This document shows, in pieces, positions 37,636-47,852 of a DNA stretch of 64,000 nucleotides. The notes beneath the pieces are model-generated. The model saw only the letters and a list, made by a program, of their open reading frames with translations. It did no database searches and was not told where the DNA came from. The DNA is from a virus (taxonomy: Duplodnaviria > Caudoviricetes). The position numbers and the translations under genes are program-made. The DNA lies in IMG/VR virus record IMGVR_UViG_3300020036_002473, positions 15,364 to 79,363 of that record; one strand, given 5' to 3'. Every line of letters begins with the position of its first letter. Position 1 is the first letter of the stretch.

Positions 37636-39561
37636 ATGGCAGTGTATGCAGCAGACATTGAGACAACAGGGCTATTGGATGATATGTACAAGCAAGAACA
37701 TCCAAAGCTTCATAATATTTGTGGTATTAACATTGAGACAGATGAGATTGTGTTGTTTGAAGGCTCTGATAAATCCAAGATTCAAGCTTGGCTTGATGAA
37801 GGGCATACATTCGTCACACACAATTGCTATACATATGATATGCCAGCCTTAGAGTTTCTGGGGTTTGGTGTGTCTAATGTTAAGTGGATTGATAGCTTGG
37901 CTATTTCTTGGTATCTGGAACCAGAAAGAATGAAGCATGGCCTTGCAGAGTATGGAGAAGATTTTGGTGTCAAGAAGCCTATTATTGAGAATTGGGAAAA
38001 CCAAACACAAGAAGAATACAACCATCGTGTTATAGAGGATTGTAAGATTCAGAAGCTCTTATGGCAGAAGCAGACAAAGATGCTCAACACATTGTATGGT
38101 GATTCAGGGTATGAGCGTGTCCTTAATTATCTAATGTGGAAAATGCAATGCTTACGTATGCAGCAAGACAACAAATGGAAGCTTGATGTTGATGGTGCTA
38201 ATAAGCTCAGAGTGTTGCTAGAAGCTGAGATTGAACGCAAGGTGGATGCTCTTAAAGAGGTTATGCCTAAAGTGCCTGAGTATGTTGTTCGTAAGCGTCC
38301 AGCAAAGCCCTTCAAGATGGATGGCTCTCTATCAGCATCTGGAGAGAATTGGAAAGCTTTGACAGAAGAGCATAAACTCCCATTTGAGCACACAGGAGAT
38401 ATTAAGGTTGTTAAAGGTTGGAATATTGGTAATCCTTCTTCTCACGTACAGATGAAAGCATGGCTTGATGGGCTTGGATGGGAACCAGAGACATTTAAAT
38501 TCATTCGTGAGGATGATGGCTCAACACGTAAGATTCCCCAGATCAATCTTAAAGGTGGTGAGATTTGCCAGTCCGTAAAAGATTTAATTCCTAAGTGTGC
38601 TGGAATTGAACACATTGCAGGGCTTGGAATTCTTAACCATAGGCTTAGTGTTGTTAATGGGTGGCTTCGTGATAGCGTAGATGGCTGCATTACAGCACGA
38701 GCACAAGGCTTTACCAATACGCTGCGTATGCAGCACAAAGAATATTGCAACACACCTTCCACTCGTGTTCCTTATGGAAGTGAACTGCGAAGCCTTCTTG
38801 TAGCTAGAGAAGGACATACTCTTTGTGGTAGTGACTTAAGTGGCGTAGAGAACTATATTAAGAACCATTTCCAATGGCACATTGATAGAGAATATGTAAA
38901 GACACAATTATCTGATGGATATTGCCCACACTTAAGTATTTGCGTATCAGCAGGGATGATGAGCGAAGAGGATGCTGAGTGGTATAAATGGTATAAGAAG
39001 CAAAGTGAGCACACACCAGAGTTTGATAAGAAGTTTGCTGCTCTTGACGCTATCCGTTCTGTAGGAAAATCCACCAACTACGCATGCCAATACGGATCGG
39101 GGGTCGAGACTTTGGCGAGAACAGCGAAGGTTAGTAAGAAAGCTGCAAAGATGTTACATGAGGGATACAACAAGCTTAACTGGTCCGTCCCTAAGATTGC
39201 TTCAATGATGGTGGTGAAGAGCACAGCATTTGGAAATTGGCAGCTTAATCCTGTTAATAAGTTTTGGTATTCTTTGCGAACAGATAAAGATAGGTTTAGT
39301 ACATTGGTGCAAGGTACAGCTGCATATGTATTTGATATTTGGCTTTACCAATGCTACATCCTTGCTAAGAAGCGTAGAATGGAATATAAGATTCTTGCCC
39401 AATCCCATGATGACCAAGTCCTTGAATTTAAAGGAGAAATTCGTGACGACATTGAGAATCTTATACGAGATGCCTTAGTAAATGTTAATAAAACATTAAA
39501 ACTTAATGTAGCTATCAAGTGTGATGTTATGTTTGGAAAGAATGGTAAGGAGATTCACTAA
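37636..39561 (+). CDS. DNA polymerase, family A, with 3'-5' exonuclease
   Basis: DIETTGL, YDMPAL, DLSGVE, GKSTNYACQYG, VQGTAA, SHDD. Confidence 0.95.
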   Translation: MAVYAADIETTGLLDDMYKQEHPKLHNICGINIETDEIVLFEGSDKSKIQAWLDEGHTFVTHNCYTYDMPALEFLGFGVSNVKWIDSLAISWYLEPERMKHGLAEYGEDFGVKKPIIENWENQTQEEYNHRVIEDCKIQKLLWQKQTKMLNTLYGDSGYERVLNYLMWKMQCLRMQQDNKWKLDVDGANKLRVLLEAEIERKVDALKEVMPKVPEYVVRKRPAKPFKMDGSLSASGENWKALTEEHKLPFEHTGDIKVVKGWNIGNPSSHVQMKAWLDGLGWEPETFKFIREDDGSTRKIPQINLKGGEICQSVKDLIPKCAGIEHIAGLGILNHRLSVVNGWLRDSVDGCITARAQGFTNTLRMQHKEYCNTPSTRVPYGSELRSLLVAREGHTLCGSDLSGVENYIKNHFQWHIDREYVKTQLSDGYCPHLSICVSAGMMSEEDAEWYKWYKKQSEHTPEFDKKFAALDAIRSVGKSTNYACQYGSGVETLARTAKVSKKAAKMLHEGYNKLNWSVPKIASMMVVKSTAFGNWQLNPVNKFWYSLRTDKDRFSTLVQGTAAYVFDIWLYQCYILAKKRRMEYKILAQSHDDQVLEFKGEIRDDIENLIRDALVNVNKTLKLNVAIKCDVMFGKNGKEIH

Positions 39562-39562
39562 C

Positions 39563-39590
39563 TTGACAGAATAGGATTTCATGGTACTTT
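39563..39590 (+). promoter_or_regulatory. Sigma70-type promoter for endonuclease gene
   Basis: TTGACA-N16-TACTTT. Confidence 0.55.
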
Positions 39591-39621
39591 AACCTTACGT
39601 TTTAATTACATAGGTGGTATT

Positions 39622-40875
39622 GTGAATATAATTTATCTTTTAACAAATAAGACAAAGAGTAGTGGCAGAAGATTTTACATAGGCTCTAAATCAGAATGCA
39701 CAGTTGTCCCAGTAGACGGTGTAATGACTATGATAGATAGAAAAGGACTTCCTTACTACTCTTCGTCTTGCAGTATAGAGTTTTGGGAAGATTTTAAGCG
39801 TGGTGACGTATTTGAGGCTTCAATTCTTGAGGAGGTTTACGACAGATACGACCTGATAGCTACAGAGGATGCTCACATAGTAAAGAATGATGCAGTAATC
39901 TCGGATGAATATTACAACATATCGAATGCGTTTTTAAACACTAGAAATGTTAATGCTATTGTAAACCTATACGGTGAGGACTTAGTAAGCTACGCTAAAT
40001 CTAGATCAAATACTAGCAAGAAAGATAATACCGCAAAGGACTTAGGTTTCAAGAATTTTGGGGAGCTTGTTTTTGATATACATAAGAATTACAAAATTCT
40101 TCAGAATTGGGCTAGGGTGTCAGAGTTGTATGGGAAGGAGAGGCACTGGAGTAATGTGTATGCTTCCTCTTACAACATTGACAAAGCTCATACAGACATT
40201 GAGAAATGTTCTGAGAATGATGTCAGGTCTTTATATGCAAAGAAGTGCTCTCTTAGTAAAATCTGTGAAATTCTTTGTATAGAGCCACCAGCTGCTAGGG
40301 TGTTGCTGGGGGATTTTGCAGACAAGAAAACAAAACAATTCAATGTAGCATACTTACTAGGTATGTCACAAGGAGAACTTGAGGCTAAGATAACCATAGA
40401 TGTACTAAATGATGTCCCTATTAAAGATATTTGTACTAGATATGGTGTTAATGAAACATCTATGAAGCGGTATTTTATGAGATGTATAAGAAGGCACTTG
40501 TCTCCAGAAGATATATCACCTATAATACATGAGACGGAAGAGGAAATAGCAGAAGCAAGAAAAGCACGAAAGATAAAGCAAGCTAGGTTGTCAATGACAA
40601 CATTAAAGAGTATGGTTGCTCACTTAAACACACCAGAACCAGTGCAATCAAATAATAAATCTGGATACAGGTGCATAGCAATTAGGGTGTTATCTGGTGG
40701 TGGTATATCGTACTCTGTTGGTATTAGAGATGGGAACAGTAAAACAACCCTAACATTTAATAGTGACAAATACGGAAGTCAGGAACTAGCATTAGAAGCA
40801 GCAATAAAATATAGAGATGAGCAGTTTGCTATTTTGGATGCAAGGAGAGCCAATGTCAACCCGCCTAACACCTGA
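39622..40875 (+). CDS. GIY-YIG (Seg-like) homing endonuclease with C-terminal AP2-like domain
   Basis: IIYLLTN...FYIGSK; C-terminal SGYRCI...KYGSQELALEAAIKYRD; AGA/ATA-rich. Confidence 0.65.
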   Translation: MNIIYLLTNKTKSSGRRFYIGSKSECTVVPVDGVMTMIDRKGLPYYSSSCSIEFWEDFKRGDVFEASILEEVYDRYDLIATEDAHIVKNDAVISDEYYNISNAFLNTRNVNAIVNLYGEDLVSYAKSRSNTSKKDNTAKDLGFKNFGELVFDIHKNYKILQNWARVSELYGKERHWSNVYASSYNIDKAHTDIEKCSENDVRSLYAKKCSLSKICEILCIEPPAARVLLGDFADKKTKQFNVAYLLGMSQGELEAKITIDVLNDVPIKDICTRYGVNETSMKRYFMRCIRRHLSPEDISPIIHETEEEIAEARKARKIKQARLSMTTLKSMVAHLNTPEPVQSNNKSGYRCIAIRVLSGGGISYSVGIRDGNSKTTLTFNSDKYGSQELALEAAIKYRDEQFAILDARRANVNPPNT

Positions 40876-41356
40876 GCAAAAAGAGGACATCTTACGAATG
40901 GCTAAAGAGGGCTATACAGATAAAGATATTATGGCCCTCTACCCTGTTCATAGGAGTTATATTTGGAGAATTAAGTCTGGCAAGAACACCAAAAGCAAGC
41001 GCACTGTTAAACCCCTTCCCATAACAGAAGGCTTGCTGTTCTCCCTCTTTGAGCGTATGATGATGGACGCTGCTCTGGGAAACGAGAAAGTGGAAGTGGT
41101 AGTGCCAGCAACATACACACCTCCCAAGGAGCTATTTTCTGTAGAAATACTCCCTGTTGAAATTAGAAACACCTTGACAGGAGAAATGGAACATTATATA
41201 ATTAGGCAAGTTGATTATAAGAATGTTTACAAGCTTCTTGACAAGCATGTAGAGATGCCTTTAACATTAGATCAAATATTGATGTTGAAGGCTGAAAGTA
41301 GGAAGCTGGATAAGGAGATGAACAGAATAGAAATAAATGTTGACAAGATGTTTTAA
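40853..41356 (+). CDS. HTH DNA-binding protein
   Basis: RLTPEQKEDILRM...VHRSYIWRIKSG; AAGGAG RBS. Confidence 0.6.
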   Translation: MSTRLTPEQKEDILRMAKEGYTDKDIMALYPVHRSYIWRIKSGKNTKSKRTVKPLPITEGLLFSLFERMMMDAALGNEKVEVVVPATYTPPKELFSVEILPVEIRNTLTGEMEHYIIRQVDYKNVYKLLDKHVEMPLTLDQILMLKAESRKLDKEMNRIEINVDKMF

Positions 41357-41368
41357 GTGTGTCATAAT
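41340..41368 (+). promoter_or_regulatory. Sigma70 promoter of tRNA unit
   Basis: TTGACA-N17-CATAAT. Confidence 0.75.
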
Positions 41369-41380
41369 GTTGTTTTCAAT

Positions 41381-41454
41381 GCTCCATTAGCTCAGAGGAA
41401 AGAAGCAGAAATTTTCTAAATTTCAGGTCGTTTGTTCGAATCAAACATGGAGCA
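41381..41454 (+). tRNA. tRNA-Arg(UCU)
   Basis: Acceptor GCTCCAT/ATGGAGC, GAAAT-TTTCTAA-ATTTC, GTTCGAA; no encoded CCA. Confidence 0.9.
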
Positions 41455-41477
41455 CGCTTACATTATAGAGGTAGTTT

Positions 41478-41969
41478 GTGTGGACAGTAGAGAAAATAAT
41501 ATCAAAGGGTGATTATAATTACTGTATAGTCAGAGATCATCCAAGCAGGACAAAGAATGACTACGTCCTGCACCACAGAGTAGTCATGGAAAACATGTTA
41601 GGCAGGTTATTAACAAAAGATGAGGTTGTGCACCATATTAATGGGGACAAGAAGGATAATAGGGAGTGCAACCTTGAGATAATGAGCAATAGTGAACATG
41701 CCTCGCATCATGGAGAGTACGTCACAAAGTCTATGTCTGAATGGGTTTGCCCTTGGTGCTCAAAAGTTTTTACTAGAGAAATATATGAGTGTAGGTATTT
41801 GACAGGGAAGGCTGGCTGGTGCACGTGCTCTAAATCTTGTAGGTCAAGCTTAAGTAATTTTGTAACAAGGTACGGAATGAATGATCTTTTAAAAGAAAAG
41901 ATAGAAAGAAGTTTTATTAGAGAGTTCAAATGGGTAACATACTCGTGGGACACTAGCTCAATTGGTTAG
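41478..41969 (+). CDS. HNH homing endonuclease
   Basis: YVLHHRVVME...VHHINGDKKDNRECNL...EHASHH. Confidence 0.9.
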   Translation: MWTVEKIISKGDYNYCIVRDHPSRTKNDYVLHHRVVMENMLGRLLTKDEVVHHINGDKKDNRECNLEIMSNSEHASHHGEYVTKSMSEWVCPWCSKVFTREIYECRYLTGKAGWCTCSKSCRSSLSNFVTRYGMNDLLKEKIERSFIREFKWVTYSWDTSSIG

Positions 41970-42021
41970 AGCAATCCACTCATAATGGATAGGTTCTGAG
42001 TTCAAGTCTCAGGTAGTCCCA
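41947..42021 (+). tRNA. tRNA with CAU anticodon (Met, or Ile2 if lysidine-modified)
   Basis: ATCCA-CTCATAA-TGGAT, GTTCAAGT; acceptor stem needs a 1-nt bulge. Confidence 0.8.
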
Positions 42022-42245
42022 CTAAATTAGGCATTATGTATTCTGCCAGCGTAGCAAAAGAAATACACGTAATGCTGAGAGGCATTCCTATTAATTGACA
42101 AAGGAGAAAACATGTCAGAAAAGAAAGCATTAGTGCCAGCACGAACAGAGAAAGAGCCTTACAAGATTACGGATGCGCAGAAACAAGCAGCTGCTGAAAG
42201 ACGCAAGGTTGGGAAGCCTAAGAATAAGCCAAAGAAGGAGAAACA

Positions 42246-42599
42246 ATGAAGTTTTCAGACAACAACCGGCAAGAAGTGTTAGTATATTTAACAATGTTCG
42301 TAAGGGCTTTGTCAAAACGATGTGGCGTAGAAGATAGCAGTATGTCTCTTAGTGTCACGTCAGATGATAAGAAAGCTCTGACTATCACAGCAAAGGTCGT
42401 AGACGAAGAGAAATATAAAAACACTAGAGGCGACATTAGCAAGGACTTGTCTGATGATATTATCAAAGGGTTGATGTTAGTTTGTTGTGGGAACAAAGAC
42501 GTAAAAATTTCTTGGGAGGATGATAAAGAAGGTGTTGCGTATATTCTTGTGTACACAGACGAAGGCCTTGATGAAGTAGTGGGAAAGGAGAAACAATGA
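42246..42599 (+). CDS. Hypothetical protein
   Basis: AAGGAG RBS. Confidence 0.65.
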   Translation: MKFSDNNRQEVLVYLTMFVRALSKRCGVEDSSMSLSVTSDDKKALTITAKVVDEEKYKNTRGDISKDLSDDIIKGLMLVCCGNKDVKISWEDDKEGVAYILVYTDEGLDEVVGKEKQ

Positions 42600-42820
42600 G
42601 TAACCACTTCGCTCACAATCACTCCGTCCACAACAATTCAGTATCTTCTGGAGGTATTAGTTTTCTAGGCTTGCTTACAATTGTTTTTATTGTATTGAAG
42701 CTTACGAATTACATTAGCTGGAGTTGGTGGTGGGTGTTATCCCCAATTTGGGCAGGCCCATTAGTGGTGTTCTCTATTGTGTTCGTATTTGCATTCATCT
42801 TAGCCTTGATGAAGAAATAA
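42596..42820 (+). CDS. Small membrane protein
   Basis: GGISFLGLLTIVFIVLKL...WSWWWVLSPIW. Confidence 0.7.
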   Translation: MSNHFAHNHSVHNNSVSSGGISFLGLLTIVFIVLKLTNYISWSWWWVLSPIWAGPLVVFSIVFVFAFILALMKK

Positions 42821-43115
42821 TGTTTCCAGAGCCTAATATAAGTGAGTGGCCTGTCATTACAGGCGATTTCTCAGACAACTATCGTATCACAGAATTTGCT
42901 ACGGCATATTTTGCAGAGCAATATGTAAATGGAAATTGGGAAGCATTAAGCAAGCCTTGCAGAACGTATCAAGAAGCTTTGAAAGTGATTCGTCAAGCAG
43001 AAGAAAATTAGCTGGCACAACAGCTATGTCGTAAAGACAGAAACAAGGGTATTGTGCAATTAATAGCGAGTAGCATAGCTACGAACATTTCCAAGTGGAA
43101 AAGGAGAAATAAATT

Positions 43116-43748
43116 ATGGCAGAACAACAATATGGTGTTTTAGAAGGTACATTTGCTTTTATGAAATTGGCAGAGCCTTCAACAAAGTACCAATCAAAAG
43201 ATTTAGAGTATGCTGTTGATGTTGTCGTTAGCAAGGCTACTGCTAAAGCATGGAATAAGCAATTCCCTAAGCAGAAAGCTAAGGAGTTTGAAGCCGCAGA
43301 GTTTGAGCAGAAATTCAAAATGCCGATTCCAGCAGAGCTAGAAGGTGAAGATGAAATTTACATCATTAAGCTGAAGAAGGCTGCTACAAAAGATGGTGTA
43401 GCATTTGATGATAAATTCCGCCCTAAGCTGTTGTTAGATACATCTGAAGGCCGTATTGATATTACGCTAAGCCGCTTAGCTGCTAATGGCACGAAAGGCA
43501 AAGCGAGTTATCGCATTACATCTAATGACTTTGGAACATTCGCACAGCTAAATAACATCCTCGTAGCTGAAGAAGATTTCAAAGAGTATGTACGCTCTTC
43601 TGGAGTTGCTGGTGCAGAGTTTGGAGAAGCTAAGCCAATTGCTAAAGTGGAACCTGAAAGCAAGGCTGCTACAGCCTCACGGCCTAAAGCTGCCGAGGCA
43701 AAGCCGAAGGCCCCTGAAGATGATGACGATAATCAAAGCCCTTTCTAA
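43116..43748 (+). CDS. ssb: Single-stranded DNA-binding protein
   Basis: Acidic tail ending DDDDNQSPF; position before exonuclease. Confidence 0.7.
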   Translation: MAEQQYGVLEGTFAFMKLAEPSTKYQSKDLEYAVDVVVSKATAKAWNKQFPKQKAKEFEAAEFEQKFKMPIPAELEGEDEIYIIKLKKAATKDGVAFDDKFRPKLLLDTSEGRIDITLSRLAANGTKGKASYRITSNDFGTFAQLNNILVAEEDFKEYVRSSGVAGAEFGEAKPIAKVEPESKAATASRPKAAEAKPKAPEDDDDNQSPF

Positions 43749-43776
43749 AATGTAACACAACGGAAAGTTGCAAACA

Positions 43777-43804
43777 GCCCTGTCCTTAATTGGGCAGGGC
43801 TTTT
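43777..43804 (+). terminator. Rho-independent terminator
   Basis: GCCCTGTCC-TTAATT-GGGCAGGGC-TTTT. Confidence 0.8.
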
Positions 43805-43829
43805 ATTACAACCACACATAGGAATACAC

Positions 43830-44765
43830 ATGAAAAAATATGATGTGCTTGTAGACTTCGATACGCCATTGATTGCTATGGCTGCTATGCAGCAGAAGAA
43901 TTCTGTTATCGCCACATTCAACAAGAATAAGCGTCAAAAAGAATTTGACAATAAGACAGCTTTTAACAAGTGGCTTAAAGAGAATGACAAGTGGGATATT
44001 GAAGATTTTACAATTGAAACAAAGAGTGTAATTGTAGGAAGTTTGGACAAAGCCTTATCGTCTCTCGTCCAAAAGGCTAATTACATTAAAGCTAGTAAGC
44101 ATATGGCAAGCTGTAAGTTTGTCGTAGGAGGGCCACATGGAAACTTCCGCGACAGCGTAGCAACTATCCTTCCTTACAAGGGCCAGAGAGGTGAAAAGCC
44201 ATTATTATCACGTAAGCTTAAGGAAGCCCTTCTCAACTCATTTGACGTGGAAATACTCCAGCCAGATGGGGATTATGAGAGTGATGACCTCATTTCTATG
44301 TACTTGCATCAGGATGTTGATAACAAGGACAGTAAGCGAGCTATCATGTCTCCTGATAAGGACTTGAAGCAATGTCAAGGCTGGCACTTTGATAATGACA
44401 ATCCGCACAATCCTCCTTTCTTTATTAACGAGTTTGAAGGCTTCTACAATCTCTGCTTTCAAGGAGTTACAGGGGATGCTACAGATAACATTCAAGGGCT
44501 AGGATTTCAGCACCCAGAAATTGTAAAGAAATATGGATTGAGGAAGTCTAATGGGATTGGTCCTGCTAGTGCTAAGCTTATTCTACAAGGATGTAAAGAG
44601 CCTTGCCAGCTTGCAGAGAGGCTTGTAGGCATCTACAAGCTTACATTCCAAGAAACACACGGAGAAGGCTGGAAAGCTATTTTAAACGAAAACATGCGCT
44701 TGCTGAAGATGCTAGATTATAAAGGCCAAGTGTATGTGTTTACAGAGGAGTGGGGAATTGAATAA
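43830..44765 (+). CDS. 5'-3' exonuclease, T7 gp6-like
   Basis: VDFD, NFR, YKGQR, ESDD, SPDKDL, GDATDNIQG. Confidence 0.9.
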   Translation: MKKYDVLVDFDTPLIAMAAMQQKNSVIATFNKNKRQKEFDNKTAFNKWLKENDKWDIEDFTIETKSVIVGSLDKALSSLVQKANYIKASKHMASCKFVVGGPHGNFRDSVATILPYKGQRGEKPLLSRKLKEALLNSFDVEILQPDGDYESDDLISMYLHQDVDNKDSKRAIMSPDKDLKQCQGWHFDNDNPHNPPFFINEFEGFYNLCFQGVTGDATDNIQGLGFQHPEIVKKYGLRKSNGIGPASAKLILQGCKEPCQLAERLVGIYKLTFQETHGEGWKAILNENMRLLKMLDYKGQVYVFTEEWGIE

Positions 44766-44933
44766 TACTACACTAAGACACCTCCCTTCAGATCACTACT
44801 TTCAGGAAATACTGGAACCAGAACATTTTGCTAGAGTGCTAGGCACAGGTATGTTGTTTGAGCTAGAGCCATATGCTCCAAGCTATTGGAAGGAGCATTT
44901 AAAGCTTAAAGCAGAATGGGAGAGACGAAAACA

Positions 44934-45518
44934 ATGCGAAGCATGATGGAAGGGATTCGTAGTATCCAACCATGGGAACAACTCCCACATGTATGGAAAA
45001 CTGAGGCAAGCTTCTGGGCTTGGGTGAAGGGAGTGCTTCGGAGAGGCTGGTCTAAACATCCTGTTAAGATTGAGTTCATTAAGAAGAATAGAATTCGCAT
45101 TCCCAACCCTAATCCAAGAGGCAAGGTAGCATCTGTATGGGGTGGTAAGTGTATGCGCTGTGGGGAGCTATTTGTTGAGAAGGATATGGAAGTTGACCAC
45201 CTCGGAGGAACTGCTAACCTCACAGAAGAAGGTCATCTCCAATCTTGCCTTAAGAAGCTGTTGCTTGTGTGCTTTGATGACCTTGAATGGCTATGCAAAA
45301 GCTGCCACAGCATCCGCTCTTATGCTCAGCGTTACGGAGGCACAGAACAAGAAGCTATTATAGCCAAGAAGGGAATTGCTTTTAGCAAGCTTACAGCAGC
45401 ACAACAAAATAAAGCCTTGCAAGAGATTGTTGGAAGTGCTAACATGGACATTAGTAGAACAAAGACAGTAGCTAAGCGTAAGGAATATTATTTGGAAATG
45501 TTGAAAGGAGAATGTTGA
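44934..45518 (+). CDS. HNH-type endonuclease, possible resolvase
   Basis: CMRC...EVDH...CKSCH. Confidence 0.7.
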   Translation: MRSMMEGIRSIQPWEQLPHVWKTEASFWAWVKGVLRRGWSKHPVKIEFIKKNRIRIPNPNPRGKVASVWGGKCMRCGELFVEKDMEVDHLGGTANLTEEGHLQSCLKKLLLVCFDDLEWLCKSCHSIRSYAQRYGGTEQEAIIAKKGIAFSKLTAAQQNKALQEIVGSANMDISRTKTVAKRKEYYLEMLKGEC

Positions 45519-46123
45519 TGAGTAAATTTAAAGTTGGTGATAAAGTTGTGTGTATTGATGCTGCTGCAAGTGGCAAAAGTCTTAAATACAAGCGTCTATA
45601 CACAGTGTCAGGATTTAATACTTTGGATAACGGAGAGAACCTCATTTTCCTAGCTGAATTTCCGTATGAACGGGTAGGCTTCTTCACATATCGTTTTGAT
45701 CTTGTAGAAGAAGCAAAGCAAGAACCTCCCAAACCTCCTTCCTTCAAAAACTACCTCTCCCCTATGTGTCGTGTGGAGATGCGGAATGGTGATGTAGCTA
45801 TCTTTATCGAGGATAGTTTTATTGGTGATGGAAGCGTTGTTGGGTGTGTTAGCCAGTACCTAGATGATGGTAAAGTAGCTCCTCCAAATAATGTAGGGCT
45901 TAACAAGGAGTTAGAAATTGTACGTGTACTTGAAAAGCCACCTTATCTCGCTAGTATCTTTTTTGAAGATCATTTTGGAAATGTGCTATGGGAAAGCCAT
46001 GAGCTTGCTACTAAGCGTAAAGAAAAAGACGAGAAGATTAATTTCAAGCAAATTGAAATTAAGATGGCACAACGTAAGCTGGATGAATTAGTTAAACAAT
46101 TAAAGGAGATGGGTGATGCCTAA
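45512..46123 (+). CDS. Hypothetical protein
   Basis: AAGGAG RBS; KFKVGDKVVC start. Confidence 0.65.
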   Translation: MLMSKFKVGDKVVCIDAAASGKSLKYKRLYTVSGFNTLDNGENLIFLAEFPYERVGFFTYRFDLVEEAKQEPPKPPSFKNYLSPMCRVEMRNGDVAIFIEDSFIGDGSVVGCVSQYLDDGKVAPPNNVGLNKELEIVRVLEKPPYLASIFFEDHFGNVLWESHELATKRKEKDEKINFKQIEIKMAQRKLDELVKQLKEMGDA

Positions 46124-46370
46124 TAATGTAGAAATTGATGTTAGCAATTTAAACCTCTTAGCCCGCCTAACACTAGCTGTAGGCTATTGTGGAAGCTTAG
46201 AGGAAGGCAAGACAGCAATGCAAGAGATTATTTCCAACATTGGAGAGCAATGCTTTAAGCAATTCTGCGCTGAGCTTGTCCTTGTAGACCAAGAGAAGCT
46301 TGGGAAGGAAATGTTTAGTATTATTTCGCAAGCTTTTAACGAGTATGCTGATATTAAGAAAGGGAATTAA
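46113..46370 (+). CDS. Hypothetical protein
   Basis: AAGGAG RBS. Confidence 0.6.
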   Translation: MMPNNVEIDVSNLNLLARLTLAVGYCGSLEEGKTAMQEIISNIGEQCFKQFCAELVLVDQEKLGKEMFSIISQAFNEYADIKKGN

Positions 46371-47233
46371 TGAGCAACGCTACACAACAATGGCACGAAC
46401 AAGCCTTAGAGCTATTACAAACAGGGCTAAGCTGGCGTAAGATTGCCAAGGAGCTTAACATTCCTAAAAGCACATGCTCTGACTGGCTTCGTAAACAAAT
46501 TGCAACAGAGAAGAAACAAGAGCGTGTATTTCATAAGCCCTTTAAGAAAGAACGTACAAGCCAGAACAATGAATGTATCCTGTTCATCTCTGACTTACAT
46601 GCTCCTTACAACCACAAGGATGCTGTAGGCTTTCTTGAAGGCTTACGGGATAAACATAAGCCAACACGTATTATATCTCTTGGGGATGAGCTTGACCATT
46701 CAGCCTTGTCCTACCACGAGAGCGACCCTAACCTAATGTCTGCTGGAGATGAGCTAGAGGCTGCACGTAAGACAATCGCAGACCTTCACAAGCTATTCCC
46801 TAATATGGACATTATGGAAAGCAATCATGGAAGTATGGTGTTTCGTAAGGCTAAGACACACGGTATTCCACGACAATATATTAAGAGCTATCGTGAGGTG
46901 TTAGGTGTAGGAGAAGGCTGGAAGTGGCATTATGACCTGACAACAATACTTCCAGATGGAAGTGACTTGTATGTGCATCATGGGCGAGCTGCTGATGCTT
47001 TAAAGCTCTCTCAACAAATGGGGATGAGTGTTGTACAAGGGCATTATCACACAAAGTTTAAAGCAGATTATTGGAGCAATCCACGAGCCTTAATGTTTGC
47101 CCTGCAATGTGGCTGTTTGATTGACGATGAGAGCTTGGCTTATTCTTACAACAATGTTAATATTCAGCGCCCTATTATTGGAACAGCATTGATTGTTGAT
47201 AGCAAGCCTGTGCTGGAACCCATGAAATTGTGA
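46370..47233 (+). CDS. Calcineurin-like metallophosphoesterase with N-terminal HTH
   Basis: SDLH, GDELD, SNH, HHG, GHYH; SWRKIAKELNIPKST. Confidence 0.85.
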   Translation: MSNATQQWHEQALELLQTGLSWRKIAKELNIPKSTCSDWLRKQIATEKKQERVFHKPFKKERTSQNNECILFISDLHAPYNHKDAVGFLEGLRDKHKPTRIISLGDELDHSALSYHESDPNLMSAGDELEAARKTIADLHKLFPNMDIMESNHGSMVFRKAKTHGIPRQYIKSYREVLGVGEGWKWHYDLTTILPDGSDLYVHHGRAADALKLSQQMGMSVVQGHYHTKFKADYWSNPRALMFALQCGCLIDDESLAYSYNNVNIQRPIIGTALIVDSKPVLEPMKL

Positions 47234-47310
47234 AAACAATTTTATAAGCCAATGAAGCTGTAGGCTGAATAAGCCAATGAAACTTTGAAGCAACATTAAA
47301 GGAGGAACAA

Positions 47311-47538
47311 ATGGAAATTGATATTCGCGGATGCGCTCCAACAGTAATTAACAAGATTCGTATTCGTGATGAGAACGAGGACGACTACTGTATAGAATAT
47401 ATCTACAAAGAAGATTTAGGGGCTGTTCGTATTGGAGATTATGCCTCATGCTGTAATAAACGTATCTACAACAAAGATCATGCTTTAGACATCATCAAAG
47501 GCATTAATAAAGCCATCGAATTAGGCTGGTTTAAATAA
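47311..47538 (+). CDS. Hypothetical protein
   Basis: GGAGG RBS. Confidence 0.65.
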   Translation: MEIDIRGCAPTVINKIRIRDENEDDYCIEYIYKEDLGAVRIGDYASCCNKRIYNKDHALDIIKGINKAIELGWFK

Positions 47539-47828
47539 TGGGACAACGTATGGACATCAGCCTACGCTCTGGCAATCTCAACATAGCCTTGCTTTCTTCT
47601 GGAGATGTTGCTATAATGCCAACACGCAATATAAAAAATTATATTGAATATGTAAACAATTTAACATGTGTGTTTGACAACAAGGGTGTTACGTTTATTT
47701 TAGAGCTTGACAATATCCCTGTTGCCGAAATGCCTAAAGAGGAATACGTTTATAACGAACGTATTAAAGGATATAAACAGAAGCCATTGTTGTTGATGTG
47801 GCTTAAAAGTTTAAGCCTAACAGCTTAA
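47538..47828 (+). CDS. Hypothetical protein
   Basis: TAATG coupling. Confidence 0.6.
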   Translation: MGQRMDISLRSGNLNIALLSSGDVAIMPTRNIKNYIEYVNNLTCVFDNKGVTFILELDNIPVAEMPKEEYVYNERIKGYKQKPLLLMWLKSLSLTA

Positions 47829-47852
47829 TGTCCTTACACTTAGGAGAGTAAT

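Noticed and set aside
37636-39561. DpoZ/PurZ or other hypermodified-base pathway
   Set aside because: No purZ or recognisable base-modification cluster in the window
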